From NCBI GenBank assembly GCA_000388065.2, contig KB932202.1: a stretch of 8,261 bases of DNA. One strand, written 5' to 3'. The notes beneath the pieces were generated by a model that did no database searches, had not been told where the DNA came from, and saw only the letters and a program-made list of their open reading frames with translations. Position numbers and translations under genes: made by a program. This DNA is from Fonticula alba ATCC 38817 (taxonomy: Eukaryota > Protista > Nucleariida). Shown in pieces: positions 1 to 8,261 of this stretch; within the stretch, counting starts at the first letter, position 1, and each line of letters opens with the position of its first letter.

Positions 1-796
1 GGACTTGTGGGGTAGGAGGCGGCGCCTCGCGGTCCGGGCGCTGATCACGCCGGGCCGCAGGAGCCTGGCCGTTCTGACATACATCCAGTATTGCGGTGCT
101 GCTTCCAGGTCATGGCTGTGCCAACTTCACGCGGCCCAGAAGCGGCGCGTCTGCTGGAGCGCCCCTGAGCAGAACGGGTCGCACACGCCCACGTCCGTTG
201 GTCCCTGGCCCGGGGCCGCGCTGCACACCCGGTTCCCGGCCGCCCGCCGGCCGGGGGGGGGGGGGGGGGGGAGGGGGGGGGGGGGCCTCTCCCCTGGCAG
301 GCGAGGGGCACATCCCCCGCGCACACTCGCGCGAACAACGTGAGACAACGCCGGAGGGCGGGCGACCGCCGGGAAGTGGGCGGACAGGATGGGCGAAAGA
401 TCCGCCCCGGGGCGCAAGGGATGCATTGGCATGCGCTCGGGGGAGCCGGGCGATCTCCCGGGCCACCTGTGCGCGGGCCGCCGCACGGCCGGCGCCTTCC
501 GTGCCCCCCCTCCCCGGCAGAAGGGGGCTGAGGCTGCCAACACGCGGATCATGACGCACTCGGGGAGCCGGGCCCGGCGGCGTGCGCGCACGCGCGCGCC
601 ATTCGCCTTCCCTCGGCCATCGTCCCCAAGGCGCACCGCCCTGCCCGGGCCCGAGTGTCCCCTGGGAGCCCATCTGTCCCCGCCCCCTCCTCCCCCGCCC
701 CCCCCCCTCGCGCCCGAGCCACGCCCGTGGACGGTTCCTTCTCTTCCCCCTCCCCCCCCCCCCCCCCCCTCTCGGACCAGCGTCATACCGGCCTCC

Positions 797-876
797 GTGC
801 GTGTGTCGTCCGATCTTTCGTGCAAGCCAACGCACAAGCCCCCCTCGGATTTGCCCCGCTGACAGTCGCATCGCAG
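797..876 (+). other. Candidate 80-nt upstream intron of MSS51
   Basis: GTGCGT donor, CTGAC branch at 859-863, tcgcAG acceptor. Size is similar to the 79-nt PKA-C intron. Confidence 0.4.
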
Positions 877-925
877 GGCATTTCGCGCCCTTCGCCCAGC
901 CTCCGAGCGCTCGTCGCCGGTCAAG

Positions 926-932
926 GTAGTCC

Positions 933-963
<31 letters not shown>

Positions 964-1033
964 TGCTGCTGCTGCCACGCCTGAGCCCCTCGCCCCGCCT
1001 TTCCCCCACCGGACATCGGCCTCCTCTTGGCAG
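926..1033 (+). other. Candidate 108-nt 5'-UTR intron of MSS51
   Basis: AAG|GTAGTC donor, (CCG)10(CTG)4, C-rich tract, ttggcAG acceptor (alternative AG at 1036-1037) 14 nt before the ATG. No clear CTRAC branch. Confidence 0.4.
933..974 (+). repeat. Compound trinucleotide repeat (CCG)10(CTG)4
   Basis: Read directly. Confidence 0.95.
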
Positions 1034-1047
1034 GCAGAAAGTGCAAT

Positions 1048-1434
1048 ATGGCTCGCTTCGTGCGCCAGGCCGGGCTTCTGCTCGGCCATCGGTCACATCT
1101 GTCTGTTGGCACTCCGCGAACCCTGCCGGCTAGCCTGCGCTTTTCGGCCCGGCCACTGGTCAGCCGGGGGCTCTTTTCCACCCACACCCCGCCCGCTGCC
1201 TCCTCCTCCTCCTCCTCCTCCTCCTCGGCCTCGGCCCCGGCCCTCGGCGGGGGCATCCCCTCGTCCGGCGCCACCGCCAACAGCGGCCCGACCGAGCCCC
1301 CCGCCGCGCCCCCTCGCAACGCCGCCCAGATGAACAACAAGCTGAAGGGCTTCACCCAGGCGTACCTGGAAAATGGCGGCTGTGGGACCTGTCTGCATGG
1401 TGACAGCCATCTTCCCTGCCCGCATGTCGATCGA
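1048..1434 (+). CDS. MSS51: MSS51 exon 1 (129 aa): presequence-like leader, poly-Ser/Pro/Ala linker, Cys/His cluster
   Basis: ATG at 1048. MARFVRQAGLLLGHRSHLSVGTPRTLPASLRFSARPLVSRGLFST has 7 Arg in 45 aa and there is no D/E until E83. Ends ...CGTCLHGDSHLPCPHVDR followed by a phase-0 donor GTACGC at 1435. Confidence 0.85.
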
Positions 1435-1467
1435 GTACGCTGGCTCCTGCCTGCTGTTGGCCTTTGC

Positions 1468-1498
<31 letters not shown>

Positions 1499-3529
1499 TG
1501 TGTGTGCCCCCTTCTCACCGTCCTCCTCCCCTTGCATTGCCCCTCGCCATCTCCCCTTGGCTCGGTGCCGGTGTGTCCTGCGCGCCACGTGCCCGCCAAC
1601 ACAGGAGGCCCTCGGTGAGCAGGTGGCCGACACGCTGGACATCCTGCGCAGTTTCATCCTGGACTCCAGCGACCTGGCCGCCGGCAAGCTGAACCGGGAG
1701 TTTACCTTCCCCAGTGCGCTGAAAGCCGGCCATCCGTTCGGCCGCTGACCGCATGCCTGGCCTCCCATCTTTCTTTCGAGGTCCCCCCCCCCCCCGATGC
1801 CCCCTCCGCCTTGTCCTGACACAATTTCACCCGCCCCTCGCCTGCCTCCACCAAGCCAATGTCGGCCAGCCGGGTGCCTTCGATGACTGGGAAGCCTTCC
1901 TCACCTCGCGTGGCTTCTACAGTGCGTGCTGCCCCCTGCCCGAGGAGGAGCCACCCCGACGCGTGCCCCGCCCCTGACGCCTCCCCGCCCGGGCTGACCC
2001 CCTTTCCCCCCCCCCCCCCCCCCCGCGACAGTCTCCCGGCTCTCGAGTTCCCTCTGGGTGCGGGACGACCTTACCAGGGGGCAAGCCAGTTCCTACCCCC
2101 CCCCCCCCCCCCCCCCCCCCCCTCTGTCCGGTCGCTCGGCCCGTGCGCCTGCTCCCTTTGTCTGACATTCGCGCCCTCTGCCCCCCCCCCCCCCTCCCCT
2201 CCTCCGCTCCCGCCCCATCGCCAGATGCCCACCTGACGCAGACGCAGCGCGTCCTGTCGCGGTCGCTCACCTTCCCGGCCACGGTTGCCCATCTGTTCTC
2301 GCCGAACCGCACGTTCGAGTGCTCCTCCAGCCTCGGCGACGATGCCCTTGCCGGTATGTGCCCCACTTTCCCGGTGCCCGCCTGAGGGCGGCCCTCTCGC
2401 CGCGACTAACTCGGCTCGTGCGCGGACCGGCGGGCATGGGCCCCCTCCAGAGCTCAGCTCCCGTGCCAGCGGCGCCTTCAATGAGACCAAGTCCGTGAAC
2501 ATTTGCTTTGTCGGCGCCCGCGCCGAGGCCACCCTGCCGAATGAGGCCTGGTCCCAGCTGATGTACCTCTACCCGGATGTCAGCTGGAACTTGATGTTCG
2601 TCGGGCCCCACCTGCCGGAGCAGATCCACGCCACGCGTCTGGACATCGATCTGTCCGACGACCCGGTGGCCGGGGCCGAGGCCGAGGCCCCCGCCGGGCA
2701 GCCGGCCGGCGGGCTTGGCGGCTTCCTCCGGCGCCTGCTGACCCCGCGCGGGGGGGAGCACCACCAGGCGGCCGAGCGGCGTGCGGCCCTCCGCCTGGGG
2801 ACCCGGTCCGAGGCCCCGGTGCCGGGGCTGGCGCGCGCCCCCTCCGGCGGCATGCGCATGTGCCTGTCCTACTACAGCCGGCTTTACCATGAGATCCATG
2901 ACGACATGGTCCTCAATGACACCATCCCCGATGTGTACATCCTCTTCAACAGCGGCGTTGGCCATGAGGTCAATCGCCACACTTGGCGCCCGAGCATCGA
3001 GTACGCGTGCACCACCCTCTGCCGCCGGTCACATGCGCGCCCCGCCTCCCACGCCGGGAGCCGCGTTCCTCATCCCTCCCTTTGCTTCTCTCTCTCTCTC
3101 TCTTTGTGTCTCTCCCTCGCTTCCCCCTCGACATTGGCCCACACCTGCTCACACGCGCCTGCCCCCCCCCCCCCCGCCTCCAGACGCCTGCTGGAAACCA
3201 CTCAGCCGCTCGTGTTCACCTCCCTCGGGTTGGAGGACTGCGAGAATGACATCGCCGCGGTCCAGCGCATCGCCGATGGCTTCGAGGATTACCTGGCCCA
3301 GCAGTCGCTGGACAGCCTGCCGGCCGAGGGGGACCAACTGCACTCGCACCACATGGACGACGGGGCGCCGAGTGTGATCGACTCCCTGGACCGGTCGGTC
3401 CCGGCCATCGAGTGGCTTGTCCAGCCGCAGCTGAACAGCTTCCGCGCGCTCCTGTGCGATGCCAATCCCTACAACCCGATGGAGGTCATCCACCCGAACT
3501 GGTCTCTCTTTGCCGTGTCGGGACGATGA
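1048..3529 (+). CDS. MSS51: Mss51-family mitochondrial protein (COX1 translational activator / cytochrome c oxidase assembly factor), spliced. Exons 1048-1434, 1605-1713, 1856-1921(or 1925), [2032-2057], 2225(or 2242)-2353, 2451-3000, 3184-3529
   Basis: The spliced translation contains, in order, blocks matching my recollection of S. cerevisiae Mss51. ILRSFILDSSDLAAGKLNREFTFP ~ ILKKVNIYEHDLRSGRPFPEFDFP. DDWEAFLTSRGFY ~ NWDLFFYTRSFY. SRSLTFPATVAHL ~ TKMLSYPITIGSL. NICFVGARAEATLPNEAWSQLMYLYPDVSWNLMFVGP ~ RIFILGARAEAQLPGHVWKQLQFLFPEQSFEIHFIGP. LLETTQPLVFTS ~ LLETKCAIFTTG. QPQLNSFRALLCDANPYNPMEVIHPNWSLFAVSGR* ~ EPVRNVFGSTKWELNDMNPQEVYQFNMYIAGFRGK. All introns are GT-AG and phase-compatible. Three frame-consistent models give 528, 531 or 538 aa. 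Confidence 0.9.
1201..1227 (+). repeat. Coding (TCC)8TCG repeat encoding a Ser9 run in MSS51 exon 1
   Basis: Read directly, in frame with ATG 1048. Confidence 0.9.
1466..1506 (+). repeat. Compound (GC)8(GT)12 microsatellite in MSS51 intron 1
   Basis: Read directly; uninterrupted purine-pyrimidine alternation over 1465-1507. Confidence 0.95.
1605..1713 (+). CDS. MSS51: MSS51 exon 2
   Basis: Acceptor ...caacacAG at 1603-1604. Encodes EALGEQVADTLDILRSFILDSSDLAAGKLNREFTFP. Phase-1 donor GTGCGC at 1714. Confidence 0.85.
1856..1921 (+). CDS. MSS51: MSS51 exon 3 (alternative 3' end at 1925)
   Basis: Branch CTGAC at 1816-1820, acceptor AAG at 1853-1855. Encodes TNVGQPGAFDDWEAFLTSRGFY. Donor GTGCGT at 1922, weaker GTGCTG at 1926. 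Confidence 0.8.
2032..2057 (+). CDS. MSS51: MSS51 26-nt micro-exon (constitutive, skipped or poison; unresolved)
   Basis: Preceded by branch CTGAC (1994-1998), a C tract and CAG (2029-2031). Followed by donor GTGCGG (2058). Length is not a multiple of 3. Confidence 0.5.
2225..2353 (+). CDS. MSS51: MSS51 exon 5 (alternative start 2242)
   Basis: 2223-2224 is the first AG after branch CTGAC (2162-2166). Encodes AHLTQTQRVLSRSLTFPATVAHLFSPNRTFECSSSLGDDALA. Phase-1 donor GTATGT at 2354. Confidence 0.8.
2451..3000 (+). CDS. MSS51: MSS51 exon 6 (core GARAE domain)
   Basis: Branch ACTAAC at 2405-2410, acceptor ccctccAG at 2449-2450. Contains FVGARAEATLP, FVGPHLP and DVYILFNSGVG. Phase-2 donor GTACGC at 3001. 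Confidence 0.9.
3184..3529 (+). CDS. MSS51: MSS51 last exon
   Basis: C tract plus CAG at 3181-3183, phase 2. Encodes RLLETTQPLVFTSLG...PNWSLFAVSGR, stop TGA at 3527-3529. Confidence 0.9.
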
Positions 3530-3718
3530 ACGCGCGTGCGCATGCGCCTATCGCCGCCGGTGTCTCTGCCCCTCCCTCCCCGCTGCTCCCGCACACACGC
3601 GCATGGCCGGCCTTCAAGCTGGGCCGTGATATGGGGGGGTAGGGGGGGGGGGGGGGGACAAAAGAACAGCCACCCGTCCCCTCCCGGGCGCCGCTGCCTT
3701 TTACCTGAGCTTCTTTGG

Positions 3719-3746
3719 GCACGCGCGCGCGCGCGCGCGCGCGTGC
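3719..3746. repeat. 28-bp perfect palindrome containing (CG)11
   Basis: GCAC(GC)nGTGC, self-complementary; in the MSS51 3' region. Confidence 0.9.
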
Positions 3747-4076
3747 GCTGCACATGGCTTTGGTCTTGATCCCTCTCGTTCCCTGCTGCCGGGGCCTTTC
3801 ATCTTTCCTTTCCCGCCCTTTCCCCCCCTCTCCGGCCCTCGCTGGGGCACATGCTCCTGGCGAGCCCTGGCCAGGATGCTGTCCACATGGCACTGACGAG
3901 GGGGATTTGGGCAGAGCCACGCCTGGCAGCCTTGGCGCTGCGGGGGACTCCCCCCTGCGCTGCTCCTCTCTCCCTCTGGATCCCCTACTGGCGCACCAAT
4001 ATAGACATTAAGTAGCAGCCTAGCTTTGTTTCTTGGCCATCACCTGGGCCCCTCTCGCAACGGGGCCCCATTCCAC

Positions 4077-4107
<31 letters not shown>

Positions 4108-4370
4108 CACGCCAAGGCTCCCCCGCCCCGCCCGGGCGGCCGGACCATGGCGGACCTGCGGCAGGGACGCCGGGGCCAGTCACAGGTGCCGGCCGCCCGG
4201 GGGCCCTGGCTCACAGGCCCTCCGGGGGGGGGGGGCAGGCCGGCAAAGGCTGCACCCAGGCAGGCTCGGCCACCCCCAACCAGCGGAGGGCGGCTCTTCG
4301 GCGCCGGCGGAGGGTGCTGGCCTGCACATATGCGTGCTGAGGAAATGACACATCCGACCAGGTAGACAAA

Positions 4371-4394
4371 GAGAGAGAGAGAGAGAGAGAGAGA
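4371..4394 (+). repeat. (GA)12 microsatellite
   Basis: Read directly. Confidence 0.95.
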
Positions 4395-4644
4395 AAGCTG
4401 TGTGTATACAGGTGTGTGAAAGGCAGAGGGTGCATCCGAGTACATTTTGAGAACCAAGGACAAGAAGAAAGGGGGGGGGGGAGGGGGACGCAAACCCGAA
4501 AGGGAAGGAGAGGGGAAGGCAGACCCACCGGGTGTGTGGGACTGCCCGAGGGGGAGGGCATGTCGCGGGTGACGCGGGGCTCGGGGTTGTGTGAAGGGGG
4601 GAAGGGGGCGACGGACCACCGGAGGGGGAAGAGGCGGCAGACAC

Positions 4645-4704
4645 AGAGAGAGAGAGAGAGAGAGAGAAAGAAACGAAGAGAAGGAAAGAGAGAGAGAGAG
4701 AGAG
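4645..4704 (+). repeat. Interrupted (AG)11...(AG)9 microsatellite in the PKA-C 3' region
   Basis: Read directly: 4645-4666 and 4687-4704. Confidence 0.9.
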
Positions 4705-4770
4705 TGGGGGGGGGGGGCTAGGGGGAGTCGTGGCAGAGGAGGGGCAGGTGGAGAGCAAGCGCGCGCAGCA

Positions 4771-7478
<2,708 letters not shown>

Positions 7479-7482
<4 letters not shown>

Positions 7483-7490
7483 GGTGGCGG
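7479..7490 (-). promoter_or_regulatory. Strong Kozak-type initiation context of PKA-C
   Basis: Minus strand reads CCGCCACC-ATG-G. Confidence 0.75.
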
Positions 7491-7524
7491 TAGCCGCGCG
7501 AAGCCGGGACAACGGGATGGAAGG

Positions 7525-7601
7525 CTGCGGAAGAGGGAGAAGAGGGGAGAGGGGGGGGGGGCGGAAAAGGAGCGCCCCGGCGACAGGTGAGGCGGCGGCG
7601 A

Positions 7602-7633
<32 letters not shown>

Positions 7634-7654
7634 GCGACGGTGACGGTGGCGGAC
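7525..7654 (-). other. Candidate 130-nt 5'-UTR intron of PKA-C
   Basis: Minus strand: GTCCGC donor at 7654, (GCC)n repeats, CTCAC branch (plus 7587-7591), long pyrimidine tract, ccgcAG acceptor 42 nt upstream of the ATG. Confidence 0.55.
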
Positions 7655-8035
7655 CCGGGCCAGGCAGGCGAAGGAGCAACAAAAAGGGCTAGGGTGGAAG
7701 AAAGAGGGGGAGGGGGGGAGGGGGGCTGTGTGTGTGTGTGTGTAGGGCCCCCTTCCGGAGGGGTGAGTGCAATCGGCCGGGCCAGCCGAAATAATGAGGC
7801 GGCCAGGGGGCCTCGCCGCGGCCCCCCCCCCCCCCCCCCCCCGGGGGGAGGCGGGGTCCATGGACGCGCGCCGCCGGCCGCCGGCGTCGATGAAAGATGC
7901 CAGTCAGCGAGGCCCCGGCAGTCGTGGGAGGGGTGGTTTTACGGGCGCCGAAGGGAGCAGGGGCCACGGTGCGCCTGACGCCAAGGGCGCCCCGTCAACG
8001 ACGCGCATCCCGAGCCGGCGCAGTCGGACGCGGCA

Positions 8036-8150
8036 TGTGTGTGTGTGTGTGTCTGCATGGCCTCGCGTGTATCCACTCGCTCGCTCTCTCTCTCTCTCTA
8101 CCCCTCTCTCGGTCTTACGCGCGCGCGCACCCGACACACACACACACACA
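8036..8150 (+). repeat. Cluster of short microsatellites: (TG)n, (CT)n, (CG)n, (AC)n
   Basis: Read directly at about 8036-8052, 8083-8099, 8118-8128 and 8135-8150. Confidence 0.85.
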
Positions 8151-8261
8151 AGGCCGTATCCTCCTTCAAGGACACGCACTCTGTCACAGACAGACACGTA
8201 TGCGGCCCCGGGCCCCTTTGCCGGCGAGAAGGATCCAGGGTCCGGGCCGCCGCCGCCGCCG

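Noticed and set aside
1-200. In-frame TGA in the minus frame ...TRRFWAA*SWHSHDLEAAPQYW... as possible selenocysteine or readthrough
   Set aside because: No selenoprotein-like context (CxxU, UxxC) and no visible SECIS. Both bona fide genes use TGA as a normal stop.
110-1096. 320-328 aa minus-strand ORFs upstream of MSS51
   Set aside because: Dominated by poly-Gly/Pro/Ala translated from homopolymers and GCC repeats. Stops are rare at this GC content. Only sub-segments are kept as a low-confidence lead.
2071-2082. GC-AG donor (gg|GCAAGC) as the end of a longer MSS51 exon 4
   Set aside because: It would be phase 2, and no phase-2 acceptor exists before exon 5.
2267-2980. 237-aa minus-strand ORF antisense to MSS51 exon 6
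   Set aside because: Typical shadow ORF of a gene with high GC at third positions. No recognisable motif, and it has no independent splice or start signals.
4046-4070. GGGCCCC-N9-GGGGCCC hairpin before a G run as a terminator
   Set aside because: A 7-bp GC stem is expected by chance at this GC content. There is no U tract, and intrinsic terminators are not a Pol II feature.
4403-4410. TGTATACA resembling a Puf/Pumilio element (UGUANAUA) for a mitochondrial-protein mRNA
   Set aside because: Mismatched to the consensus, about 870 nt past the MSS51 stop and beyond the putative 3'-end zone.
8036-8150. (TG)n...(CA)n inverted pair as a transposon TIR or structured ncRNA
   Set aside because: Complementarity comes only from simple repeats that are common throughout the window. 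No target-site duplication or transposase.
7860-8261. Open plus-strand frame from ATG 7860 to the window end
   Set aside because: It runs through (TG)n, (CT)n and (AC)n repeats with no recognisable domain. A real gene may start here but cannot be supported from this window.

Overview
GC-rich, intron-rich eukaryotic genomic DNA with many homopolymer and microsatellite tracts and a 999-nt N gap (5725-6723). Two spliced genes converge tail-to-tail. (1) + strand, 1048-3529: a fungal-type Mss51 homologue (COX1 translational activator/assembly chaperone family) with an N-terminal mitochondrial-presequence-like leader, 6-7 exons, about 528-538 aa depending on splice model. (2) - strand, 7482-4771: a cAMP-dependent protein kinase catalytic subunit (PKA-C) with a myristoylation-type MGNESSK start, whose catalytic-loop exon falls in the N gap. 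Splice signals are consistent: donors GT(A/G)(C/T)G, branch points CTRAC/CTCAC, C-rich tracts. Most long ORFs in the supplied track are artefacts of GC content, introns or Ns. The style suggests a GC-rich opisthokont protist such as Fonticula; this is an unverified inference. I found no clear novel multi-gene system. The best leads are a possible 26-nt poison cassette exon in MSS51, a remodelled Cys/His cluster in Mss51, an animal-like N-terminus with an unusual FxxW C-terminus in PKA-C, candidate multi-intron 5' UTRs with GCC repeats in both genes, and strand asymmetry that flips at an AT-rich island between the genes. Comparisons to yeast and mammalian proteins are from memory, not from a computed alignment.
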